From Candidatus Bathyarchaeota archaeon (GTDB taxonomy: Archaea; Thermoproteota; Bathyarchaeia; TCS64), in contig JBDRQD010000081.1 of the NCBI GenBank assembly GCA_043826455.1, positions 1-18,834 of the forward strand: a stretch of DNA of 18,834 nt, in the 5' to 3' direction. Of the stretch, positions 1-7,857 are shown in pieces. The position numbers were made by a program, and so were the translations under genes. Each line of letters begins with the position of its first letter. The first letter of the stretch is position 1. The notes under the pieces were generated by a model. The model was not told the origin of the DNA. It did not search any database and saw only the letters and a program-made list of their open reading frames with translations.

Positions 1-722
1 ACGGCTACGCCCACCGAGGCGATGGCCACGACCACCGCTGCATACATCATCATTCGAGTCGTGCCCAGGTCTCTGCCCAGGGTCTGGTAGTCGTCGAAGA
101 GGTCATTGTAATCAGCCTGCAGAGTTTGGTAGTTGGAGCTAGTACCAATCTGTGATTGAAGGGTCGCGTAGTCAGTCTGTAGCTGCTGTAGCTGTAAAGT
201 GAGCTGTTGGTTCTGAGAATTTAGTAGATCGTTTTCACTTTGTATGGTGTCAATCTGTGAGCGGGCGTTAGCTAAGTTTTGTAGTATTGACTCGTAGTTG
301 ATTACCTGGAACTGTGCTGTCGCTTCCTCTTTACGATCGATTAATAGTTTAACATTCCAGACACCTAGTTTGTCCTTCGCCGTCGTCTCAGCAATGTTGA
401 TTGAGTCGAAGACGATTCCCCAGTTCTCACCAGTCTTAGTAACCAGGGTCACAACCTGTTGCCTGAATTGTGTTCCAGATGGGTCGTACCATGCCACACG
501 GTATTCTACTCCGGTGGAGGGCTCATTTATTTTAACCCATAAGCCCACTTTCTCGCTGTAAGTAAGCACAGTGTTTCCTTCTCCTACTGGTTGCAGTGTT
601 GTTGTGTCGTATCTGTAGCAGAATTTTCCGTCCGCTATTGTGAAGGCTTTCGCCTGGGGTGTTGCTGCAAGTGTTATGGTGAAGAGTATTAACGCTATTA
701 ATATCGGTCTCGTTGACTTCAT
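1..722 (-). CDS. Secreted/membrane-anchored surface protein (signal peptide, beta-rich domain, coiled coil, C-terminal TM); 3' end runs off the window
   Basis: Translated by hand from ATG at 722: MKSTRPILIALILFTITLAATPQAKAFTIADGKFCYRYD...YRVAWYDPSG...GVWNVKLLID...LQNLANARSQIDTIQSENDLLNSQNQQLTLQLQQLQTDYATLQSQ...MMMYAAVVVAIASVGVA. Open for 240 codons to the window edge. TTTATAAA box at 745-752. Confidence 0.85.
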   Translation of the reverse strand, partial: MKSTRPILIALILFTITLAATPQAKAFTIADGKFCYRYDTTTLQPVGEGNTVLTYSEKVGLWVKINEPSTGVEYRVAWYDPSGTQFRQQVVTLVTKTGENWGIVFDSINIAETTAKDKLGVWNVKLLIDRKEEATAQFQVINYESILQNLANARSQIDTIQSENDLLNSQNQQLTLQLQQLQTDYATLQSQIGTSSNYQTLQADYNDLFDDYQTLGRDLGTTRMMMYAAVVVAIASVGVA

Positions 723-743
723 GGTTTCTTATGTCATCTCTGG

Positions 744-752
744 TTTTATAAA
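744..752 (-). promoter_or_regulatory. TATA box of the surface-protein gene
   Basis: Minus strand reads GAAAGTAAC-TTTATAAAA, 22-30 nt upstream of ATG 722, consistent with a leaderless or short-leader mRNA. Confidence 0.6.
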
Positions 753-928
753 GTTACTTTCAAATCATGAGATTAACCTGCGTTTCGTGTAGGCAGATCG
801 CACAATAAAAGCCATAGATTTAGCCTAACCCACCAAACCAGAAGAGACTCCTGAAATCTAGTCTACCCGTACCAGCTAAAAACGATCAAAATATCGGTGA
901 ACAATTAGACGGCGTTTAAAATCCCGCA

Positions 929-2179
929 TCACCCGACATGCGCTTTCACACAGTCCAGGATACGTCCGGCTACCTCCCGCTTGCTCATGATGTCAAGGTG
1001 TGTAATCTTCCGCGCATCGTCCACAATGAACACCTCGTTGGTCTCGGTGCCGAACCCGACTCCCTTCCGGGCCACGTCGTTGGCCACGATCAGGTCCATA
1101 TCCGCCCCCTTGAGCCGCTTATAGGCTCTGTCGATGAGTTCCTCGTCAGACACACCGTACTCGGCCTTGAAGCCCACCAGGTAGACCTCGGGATCAACCT
1201 TCTTGACGTTCTCAACTATTTTGGGTAGGGGCTTCAGCTGTAGAATCCACTCCTTTTTTCCTGAGGGCGTCTTCTCCATTTTCCGGTCCGCTGCCCCGTA
1301 GTCAGCCGCGGCGGCGGAGAGGATGGCCGCGTGGTATTTCTTGGCTTTCAGTTCACCCACCACGGCGTCCAGCATCTCCTCCGTGGTCTCAATAGGGATT
1401 ACTTTAGCTTCCCGTGGCGGCTTGGCTGAAGCCGGCCCATACACTATGGTGACCTCGGCTCCTCTGGCTAAGGCGTTCTCAACGATGGCTACCCCCATCT
1501 TCCCTGAGCTGGGGTTGGTTATGTACCTGAAGGCGTCCAGGTACGACCTCGTCGGGCCAGCCGTGATGAGGATTCTCTTTCCAACCAGGTCTCTTTCAAT
1601 TGTGAGTTTGTCTACTACGGCTTGGACGATCTCCTCTGTGTCAGGTATCTTGGCTTTCCCCTCTTCCATCCTGGGCATGAGTACGGTGACGCCTATGCGC
1701 CTCAGCTTCTCGATGTTCTCCAAGACTATGGGGTGCTTGTACATGCTGGCATGCATGGCGGGCGCTATGATGACGGGTATGCCTGCGCCTATGCCTGTGG
1801 TTAGGGTGGTGGTAACGGGGGTGTCGTCTATACCTGCCGCAACTTTCCCGATGGTGTTGGCCGTGCTGGGGGCGACTAGTATGAGGTCGGCTCGGTTCTC
1901 GTGCTCCCCCGCGTAGGTGACGTGTTCTATTTGGCCTGTGAGCTCGGTGACCACGGGGTTGCCTGTGGCCCACTCCACCATGTCGGGGTGGACTATCTGC
2001 TGGGCCGCCTTGGTCATTACGGCGAAGACGTCTGCGCCCCTCCTCATGAGCTCCCTGGCCACCTCTGTGCTCTTGATGGCGGCGACGCTCCCTGTGATGC
2101 ATAGAACTATCTTCTTGCCTTGAAGCTCCTTGGACCTGGACCCGATTATCTCCTTGGACGTGTGCTCCCCGAAAGCCAA
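929..2179 (-). CDS. coaBC: Bifunctional phosphopantothenoylcysteine decarboxylase / phosphopantothenate-cysteine ligase
   Basis: Motifs TGSVAA, APSTANT, PAMHASMY, TAGPT, NPSSGKMG, GFKAE, VANDV; 416 aa; TTG start with GAGG upstream. Confidence 0.97.
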   Translation of the reverse strand: MAFGEHTSKEIIGSRSKELQGKKIVLCITGSVAAIKSTEVARELMRRGADVFAVMTKAAQQIVHPDMVEWATGNPVVTELTGQIEHVTYAGEHENRADLILVAPSTANTIGKVAAGIDDTPVTTTLTTGIGAGIPVIIAPAMHASMYKHPIVLENIEKLRRIGVTVLMPRMEEGKAKIPDTEEIVQAVVDKLTIERDLVGKRILITAGPTRSYLDAFRYITNPSSGKMGVAIVENALARGAEVTIVYGPASAKPPREAKVIPIETTEEMLDAVVGELKAKKYHAAILSAAAADYGAADRKMEKTPSGKKEWILQLKPLPKIVENVKKVDPEVYLVGFKAEYGVSDEELIDRAYKRLKGADMDLIVANDVARKGVGFGTETNEVFIVDDARKITHLDIMSKREVAGRILDCVKAHVG

Positions 2180-2247
2180 ATGGGTTGCCTCGCATGTGGG
2201 CAGTAATACAGGTTTTTAAGCTTTAAGTAGGAGAAAACAGGCGGCCG

Positions 2248-2385
2248 CTAATGTTCCTCGAGCTTTTCCTCGATCTCGTCCAGTCGCTCGTGGATGGCCT
2301 CAATGGTCTCCTCCAGAGACTCCATCCGGTCCACCAGCGCCAGTATCTCTTTCTCAAGGTCTTCTACTTTGCGTTCAAGGCTCAT
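2248..2385 (-). CDS. Small acidic coiled-coil protein (45 aa), not in ORF track
   Basis: MSLERKVEDLEKEILALVDRMESLEETIEAIHERLDEIEEKLEEH*. Unbroken heptad pattern, GAG/CTG codon usage like the neighbours, TTTATAAA at 2417-2424 about 32 nt upstream, and it fills the intergenic gap. Confidence 0.8.
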   Translation of the reverse strand: MSLERKVEDLEKEILALVDRMESLEETIEAIHERLDEIEEKLEEH

Positions 2386-2417
2386 TATTGGATCGTTAGG
2401 AGTTCGTTCCAGTCTCT

Positions 2418-2924
2418 TTATAAATTTGTCGAGGCTTGCCGGGCTTTACCCAGCATCTTCATGTACCAGCGGCTGTCAGCATCAATGTACTCCTTGACGT
2501 CTATGGTCATGGGCTCTCCGTCGTCTTTGAGGACCACCACTTCCTTGATCTGGCTGTTGATTATCTTACGCTGGCACCGTTGGCACGGAAGCGCCATAGT
2601 GTACTTACCGTCTGCGTCAAGGCCTGCTATATACAGTGTGGCATCTATGCGGTCCGCCCTGTTACTGTTGATTATGGCGTTCTCCTCGGCGTGGACCGCG
2701 GGGCAGTAGTCGTATGCCTGTCCTTTGGGTGATTCCATGAGGTTCTTGATGCACCCCGCCTCGTGGCAGTTGATTACGCCGCGGGCGTTGCCGTTGTAGC
2801 CGGTACCCACAATGGTGTTGTCCTTCACTATGACGGCTCCGAAACTACGGCGGAGGCAGGTGCTGCGGGCCGCCACGCTGAGGGCGATCTTGAGGAAGTA
2901 CATGGTCTTGTCAGGGCGTTCCAT
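2418..2924 (-). CDS. dCMP deaminase (ComEB-like, zinc-dependent cytidine deaminase family)
   Basis: RSTCLRR, GAVIV, TGYNG, HAEENAI and PCQRC motifs. Confidence 0.9.
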   Translation of the reverse strand: MERPDKTMYFLKIALSVAARSTCLRRSFGAVIVKDNTIVGTGYNGNARGVINCHEAGCIKNLMESPKGQAYDYCPAVHAEENAIINSNRADRIDATLYIAGLDADGKYTMALPCQRCQRKIINSQIKEVVVLKDDGEPMTIDVKEYIDADSRWYMKMLGKARQASTNL

Positions 2925-3000
2925 GCCGTATCATCGGGCTCCACGGCTTTAATGGTTTTCCGGGGGGAACCTTATTCTTTGGGCTCAGCGTCATGGTACT

Positions 3001-3064
3001 TGGCGGGCGATGAATTGTTTGCCCCTCTGACCTGTGATGAGGATCTTGAGTAAGGAGCCCGCCA
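3001..3064 (+). ncRNA. Box C/D guide sRNA, predicted Cm34 guide for tRNA-Leu(CAA)
   Basis: 8-bp terminal stem TGGCGGGC/GCCCGCCA; box C GCGATGA (3007-3013); 13-nt D' guide; D' CTGA (3027-3030); C' GTGATGA (3034-3040); 12-nt D guide GGATCTTGAGTA; atypical box D AGGA (3053-3056). Confidence 0.85.
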
Positions 3065-3116
3065 CCCTCGATAGCTTCTTATCTTCATAGGTGGGGGTGG
3101 AATTGGTGAAAAAGGT

Positions 3117-3302
3117 ATGCCATGGGTAACCATTCAGTGGTATAAGGGAAGAGACTACGAGACCAAGAAGAAGGTCATGAAGCTGGTGACGGATGCCGTC
3201 TGCCAGGGATGCGGGTGCAAGCCTGAGGCGGTTTCCGTGGTCTTCATAGACGTGGACAAGAGGGATTGGGGTAACGCTGGGGTCCCGGCCTCAGAGAAGT
3301 AG
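3117..3302 (+). CDS. 4-oxalocrotonate tautomerase family protein
   Basis: 61 aa with N-terminal Pro-1, GR..E.K, PEAVSV and W..AG pattern; GGTGA Shine-Dalgarno upstream. Confidence 0.9.
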   Translation: MPWVTIQWYKGRDYETKKKVMKLVTDAVCQGCGCKPEAVSVVFIDVDKRDWGNAGVPASEK

Positions 3303-3303
3303 C

Positions 3304-4917
3304 CTATTCCCTTAGGCTCTGCTCCAGCTCTTTAATCACTGTTTCTTTTCCAACGAGCTCCACGTAGGGTCCGAACCTCGGCCCCTGGGGCCTGCCTATT
3401 AGTATCTGGTACACTAGGGGGAAGATGTCTCTCGGCTTCATGCTTATGGCCTTGGATACGTCGAAGATGACAGCCTGGTACTCATCTACGCGCTCAGCCT
3501 CTCTGAGCTTCTCCGCGACGGCTTGGACGGCCCTCCGCTGTGCGTCGCTCAGCACCACTTTCTCGGGCTCGTCTTCCTCGAAGTCTTGCACCCAGTTTAG
3601 GGCCCGGGATACTCGTTCATCTAGGCCGTTGCTGGTCTCCTTGAGGTACTGGTACTCCTCGAGTTTTGCTTTGATGAACTCTGCCTCGGCGCTCTTGGGC
3701 GCTACTCTCGCCAGCTTCACCATTAGGTTGAAGGGGACGTGGACTTGAGGCTCCGTCGGCGGCTTCAGAAGATGCGCGTACTCGTAGAGTCCTGTCTGTT
3801 TGTAGTAATCTAGGTCGTCGCCCACTTTCTTCTTGCCAAAGTAGATGGTCTCTAGGTCGTCTAGCTCATCCATGTGGACGGGTATGTCTTCCACGGAGCC
3901 GCTCTTGGTGCCCACGAAGCGCTTGTAGATGAGGAGGTTGAGGCTCTCCTTGCTGCCATACCTGTACCACACCTGGGGCGTGAACACGTTGCCGGCGGAC
4001 TTGCTTATCTTCTTGCCTCCGCGGTCCAGGAACATCTCGTACTGGACGTGCATGGGGGGCTCCCACTGGAATATCTCGCGGCATATCCTGTCGTTGACCC
4101 TGACGCTGTCCGCTATGTCCTTGCCGTAGGCCTCGAACCTGATGTCTAGGGCGTGCCACCTGGCCGCGAACTCCACCTTCCAGCTGAGCTTGCCGTTGCC
4201 GCTGGTGACCTTCACCTCGCCTTTGTGGCCGCATCCTTCAAGCCACCGGCCCTTGACCTCCATGCCGCGGCACTCGTAGGTGATGGTGTGGGTGGATTTC
4301 TTGTATTCCAGGGCGTGGGTTGTGTAGATCCTGCCGCAGTTCTCGCAGACCACGAAGTAGGGTAGGACCTCCGTGTACTTCTCCTGCCCTATCTCCTCCT
4401 CGATGATCCTGCCGATGCGCTCACGGTTGTCCATGATGGTGACGATCTCCTCGTTGAGGAGGCCGTCCCGGTAGACCTTGTAGCCGCTCATGTCCACGTA
4501 CTCTACGCCGTTGACGTTGAGGGCCTCCTTGAGGAGGCTGGCCATGTGCTGGCCGAAGCTGGGGTGGCAGCCGCCGAAGGGGTCCGGGATGGTTGAGACC
4601 GAGTAGCCGAGCCACTTCTCCAGCTCGTCGGGGAGACCCGCCGGCACCTTTCGTAGACCGTCCTTGTCGTCTGCGAAGGCCAGGTACTCGCTCCGGTAGC
4701 CCATGTTGCGTAGGGCCAGGGTTATGGCGTAGTTGCGCATGGCGTCCGCGAGGCTTCCTATGTGGGGGAATCCTGAGGCCCCTAGGCCGCTCTCTGTGCG
4801 CAGGAGGCTTAGGCTGCGGCCCAGCTTCTTCTCGCGCTCCACTAACTCCTCTGCCGCTTTGTCGTACCAGGTTCCTCTTCCTATGATCTTGGGGTTGTTT
4901 ATGGGCCGCAGATCCAT
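3304..4917 (-). CDS. lysS: Class I lysyl-tRNA synthetase
   Basis: GASGFPHIGS (HIGH-like), KISKSAGN (KMSKS-like), CENCG zinc site, GKLSWKVEFAARW, GPRFG C-terminal motif. Confidence 0.97.
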   Translation of the reverse strand: MDLRPINNPKIIGRGTWYDKAAEELVEREKKLGRSLSLLRTESGLGASGFPHIGSLADAMRNYAITLALRNMGYRSEYLAFADDKDGLRKVPAGLPDELEKWLGYSVSTIPDPFGGCHPSFGQHMASLLKEALNVNGVEYVDMSGYKVYRDGLLNEEIVTIMDNRERIGRIIEEEIGQEKYTEVLPYFVVCENCGRIYTTHALEYKKSTHTITYECRGMEVKGRWLEGCGHKGEVKVTSGNGKLSWKVEFAARWHALDIRFEAYGKDIADSVRVNDRICREIFQWEPPMHVQYEMFLDRGGKKISKSAGNVFTPQVWYRYGSKESLNLLIYKRFVGTKSGSVEDIPVHMDELDDLETIYFGKKKVGDDLDYYKQTGLYEYAHLLKPPTEPQVHVPFNLMVKLARVAPKSAEAEFIKAKLEEYQYLKETSNGLDERVSRALNWVQDFEEDEPEKVVLSDAQRRAVQAVAEKLREAERVDEYQAVIFDVSKAISMKPRDIFPLVYQILIGRPQGPRFGPYVELVGKETVIKELEQSLRE

Positions 4918-5013
4918 GTTTATCGCCTCGTTAGGGTACCTATGCGCGGATAGAGAAAAGAGTTACCGTTCCGGCGATCACACTTTTAGTAGGGGTCCGT
5001 GTACTGTGATTCC

Positions 5014-5682
5014 ATGGTTAGGAAGAGGGACGCGCCCTTCACGTCGTTCTTGGTGGCGTCGTGCTCAGTGATCTTCCTAGCTAGCCTGTACGCGTCGGAG
5101 GAGTGGTTCTACGGCCTGATACTGAGGTATGGGGTGGTTCCGTCGCTGCTGCTGAGTGGGCGTAACCCGCTGAGCCTGTTGACTCACATGTTTTTTCACG
5201 CCGGATTCCAGCATCTGGTGACCAACATGTTTGTGCTGTTGAGCGTGGGCAGGGCCGTGGAGCGGGAGATAGGCACAGGAAAGTTCAGCGTGATCTACCT
5301 TGGCTCTGGGGTGCTCGCCGGTCTCGCCCACGCAGGGGTGAACCCTAGGTCCAGTATCCCGGTCATCGGGGCGTCAGGAGCCATCTTTGGCCTGATAGCT
5401 GTGCTCTTGTTGCTGATGCCCTTCGAGATAACCACCGCCATGATCATACCGTTGCCCGGTGTGGCAGTGGGCGTCATGCTCCTCATCATCGAGGTTTTCT
5501 CTCTGCTGATGAACCCGGGTTCGGAGGTGGCTCACGACATCCACCTGTACGGCTTCTTCTTCGGCGGCATCGCGGCCTTCACGGTGGACTACGATAAGGC
5601 TCTGAGGGGCCTGGCGATCGCCGTGGTTATACTGCTCGCCTTGTATGTGTGGGCGGTCTACTTCAACGGCCTAACGTTTTGA
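5014..5682 (+). CDS. Rhomboid family intramembrane serine protease
   Basis: HMFFHAGFQHLVTNM, catalytic GASG and AHDIH motifs, multiple TM segments. ATG at 5014 preferred over GTG at 4999. Confidence 0.92.
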   Translation: MVRKRDAPFTSFLVASCSVIFLASLYASEEWFYGLILRYGVVPSLLLSGRNPLSLLTHMFFHAGFQHLVTNMFVLLSVGRAVEREIGTGKFSVIYLGSGVLAGLAHAGVNPRSSIPVIGASGAIFGLIAVLLLLMPFEITTAMIIPLPGVAVGVMLLIIEVFSLLMNPGSEVAHDIHLYGFFFGGIAAFTVDYDKALRGLAIAVVILLALYVWAVYFNGLTF

Positions 5683-6364
5683 TGGCTGCGAGGGCCTGCG
5701 GTAGCTCAGCTAGGCTGTCGATGATGACGTCTACTCCTGCTTCCTTCACTCTGTCTAGCTTGGTGAAGTACACGGGGACGGCTATAGTGTAGGAGCCCAA
5801 GGCTTTTCCAGCCATAACATCTTTGTGGCTGTCACCGACAATGACGCTGTTCTCGGGTTTAGCCCCCAGCCGTTTATAGCAGGCCTTGAGCTGGTCGGGT
5901 GAGGGCTTCATCCTGTGGACTGTGCTTCTCCCTATGACCGCGTCGAAGTAGTGGCTCAGGCCTTGGGCCTTCAAGGCTTGTTCGGCCGTTGCCTGGGAAT
6001 TTGAGGTGCATATGCCCATAGGCACTCCCTGATCTTTCACCCAGTTCAGTGCGTCTAGGCACCCGGGCATCATGGAGCAGCCTGGGACACCTTTCTCCTC
6101 GTGCGCGTGGAGTATGTTGTAGACCTCAGATTGGATGTTTTTGGCTTTATCTATCCCGAGTTTTTTGGTGTTTGTTGCCCACATCTCGTCCAGCATTCCG
6201 AAGAGACCCTTGCCGCTGTACGCCTCCACATCCAGTGGGCTGCATCCGAGGGTGGTGTATGCCTCAGCTATCTCGATGTGAGCCTTTCTCCACTCCACGT
6301 GCTCGCCGAGGTTGATGAGGGTGGCGTCCAGGTCGAAGACGACGGAGTCTATGTTGAGAGCCAA
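5663..6364 (-). CDS. HAD-superfamily hydrolase (phosphoglycolate phosphatase-like)
   Basis: Motif I FDLDAT, II CTSN, III KP, IV GDSHKD. Overlaps the rhomboid 3' end convergently by 20 nt. Confidence 0.9.
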   Translation of the reverse strand: MALNIDSVVFDLDATLINLGEHVEWRKAHIEIAEAYTTLGCSPLDVEAYSGKGLFGMLDEMWATNTKKLGIDKAKNIQSEVYNILHAHEEKGVPGCSMMPGCLDALNWVKDQGVPMGICTSNSQATAEQALKAQGLSHYFDAVIGRSTVHRMKPSPDQLKACYKRLGAKPENSVIVGDSHKDVMAGKALGSYTIAVPVYFTKLDRVKEAGVDVIIDSLAELPQALAAIKTLGR

Positions 6365-6498
6365 GACGAAGATGTATGCTCATCAACCTATTTAGGGTGT
6401 ATCCATGGTCCAGTTCACTGAACCTTTTCAGTATTATAGATTCACAATCCCTTTTAACGGAGGCCCGGGGATGAGACCAGCCGGCATAATACTGGAGG

Positions 6499-7452
6499 AT
6501 GATGCACCTGGACGTTGGCGATTACAGGGTTCTCCTAGTGGAGGACAACGTGAACGATGCCAAGATAATCAAACGGTATTTCCAGAGGCACGGCCGATCC
6601 ATCATCCTAGACTACGCAGCCTCAGCGGACCAGTGCTACCGCATGCTCATCGAGCGGGCCTACGACCTCATACTCCTGGACTTCAACCTACCGGACGGTA
6701 ACGGCCTCGAGGTACTGCGGGAGCTTCGGGAACTGGATATCCCCGCCCCCATCATCATAGTGACAGGGGAGGGTGACCCGGCTCTCGTGGTCAAGGCTAA
6801 GGACCGTGGGGCAGACGACTTCGTCTACAAGACGGCTGATGATCTGGGTAAACTACCTGAGCTCGCCTTGAGACACATAAACGAGTTCCAGGAGACCTAC
6901 ATCAAGAGCCGCCAGTACAAGGAAAAAAGGCACGAGCTCTACAGGAGCAGACCGATCCACGACCTACTTAAGACCATGCACACGAGAAACCTGAGGTACG
7001 TGGCCCCTGTCTCTAGGACGAGCCACGGGTTCAGCCTGGACAGGGTGCCTGGCCTAGTTACAGGCGAAAAACTACAGAAGATCCTCAACCTCCTGACCCA
7101 TTATCGAATACTGTACAAGACGGCTGCGGGCATGAGGATGGTTTGCCCTGAGTGCGGCTACGAGGACGTGACGCCTGTGTTCATGTGTCCGAACTGCAGC
7201 AGCGAGGTCTTCGAGAGACGCACGCGGGGAGTTTTCCAGTGTAAGGGGCTCTGCGGCAAGAGGTTCACCGAAATGAGAACTGTCTTCGGGTGTAACAAGT
7301 GCAGCGCCAGGTTTGGCGAGGCTGACGCGTATTTCCAGGCCAGCTACATCTACTCCTTGAACGAGGACCTCAAACCCGAGGTGGCTGAAGCGGTGAGCGA
7401 GATTGAGACTGCTTTCTTCGGTAAACCCGAGACAGTTCAAGTGCCTGCATGA
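6499..7452 (+). CDS. Response regulator: REC domain plus Cys-rich zinc-ribbon output (TackOD1-like)
   Basis: REC motifs LLVEDN, LLDFNLPDGNG (phospho-Asp), IIVTG, FVYK. The C-terminus has CPEC, CPNC, CKGLC, CNKC and a YIYSL tail. Confidence 0.85.
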   Translation: MMHLDVGDYRVLLVEDNVNDAKIIKRYFQRHGRSIILDYAASADQCYRMLIERAYDLILLDFNLPDGNGLEVLRELRELDIPAPIIIVTGEGDPALVVKAKDRGADDFVYKTADDLGKLPELALRHINEFQETYIKSRQYKEKRHELYRSRPIHDLLKTMHTRNLRYVAPVSRTSHGFSLDRVPGLVTGEKLQKILNLLTHYRILYKTAAGMRMVCPECGYEDVTPVFMCPNCSSEVFERRTRGVFQCKGLCGKRFTEMRTVFGCNKCSARFGEADAYFQASYIYSLNEDLKPEVAEAVSEIETAFFGKPETVQVPA

Positions 7453-7456
7453 GAAG

Positions 7457-7561
7457 TGGAGCCCCGGGCGGGATTTGGACCCGCGATCTCTTGCTGTTTG
7501 GCCCAACAGCATGTGCCTGGGATACCAAGCAAGCGCTTTGGCCAGGCTAAGCTACCGGGGC
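7457..7561 (-). tRNA. tRNA-Thr(GGT) with a 27-nt intron at 37/38 (7496-7522) and encoded CCA
   Basis: Cloverleaf: acceptor GCCCCGG/CCGGGGC-T-CCA, D stem GCTT/AAGC, anticodon stem CTTGC/GCAAG with loop TT-GGT-A|A, T stem GCGGG/CCCGC. Strict BHB (UUGG/CCAA helix, two 3-nt bulges). TTAAAAAA box at 7593-7600. Confidence 0.95.
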
Positions 7562-7796
7562 ACGGTTTGCACCACTAGGATTCCGCATCATGTTTTTTAA
7601 TCTTGCCCCTAAAATGTAGTCTCTGGTTACACACAAATTATCATTTACTGATCCATTTATTGAGTAAACGCTAAGGTGTTACCTCATAAAGGGGATAAAG
7701 GTGTACGGAGACGCGAAAATGAAAAGAGCCTGTTTTAAGCGCTCTTTGAAAACGGTTTCCAACACCAAACCCACTTTCACTGACCTCTCCAGAAAT

Positions 7797-7828
7797 ATAT
7801 TTGGGGTAAACCGCCAAATATTTATATA
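7797..7828 (+). promoter_or_regulatory. Inverted repeat abutting the TATA box of ORF 7858
   Basis: ATATTTGG-N9-CCAAATAT (7797-7821) runs into TTTATATA (7821-7828), about 30 nt upstream of ATG 7858. Confidence 0.55.
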
Positions 7829-7857
7829 CTCAGAAATTAATTATTTTGGTGGTCTGA

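Noticed and set aside
767..808. 13-aa ORF MRLTCVSCRQIAQ
   Set aside because: Too short and too close to the TATA box to be transcribed from it.
2418..2924. Deaminase as a tRNA C55 editor or anti-phage dCTP deaminase
   Set aside because: Ordinary single-domain dCMP deaminase with no THUMP or kinase domain, in a housekeeping context.
7457..7490. tRNA 3' end as an integration site
   Set aside because: No duplicate of the 3' end and no integrase were seen in the window.
7072..7600. ORFs 7072-7512 (-) and 7403-7600 (+)
   Set aside because: They overlap the tRNA-Thr gene and the response regulator.
7600..7857. AT-rich spacer as a possible replication origin (TCCAGAAA...GGGG resembles a mini-ORB)
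   Set aside because: No repeated full ORB and no adjacent cdc6/orc1; divergent promoters explain the region.
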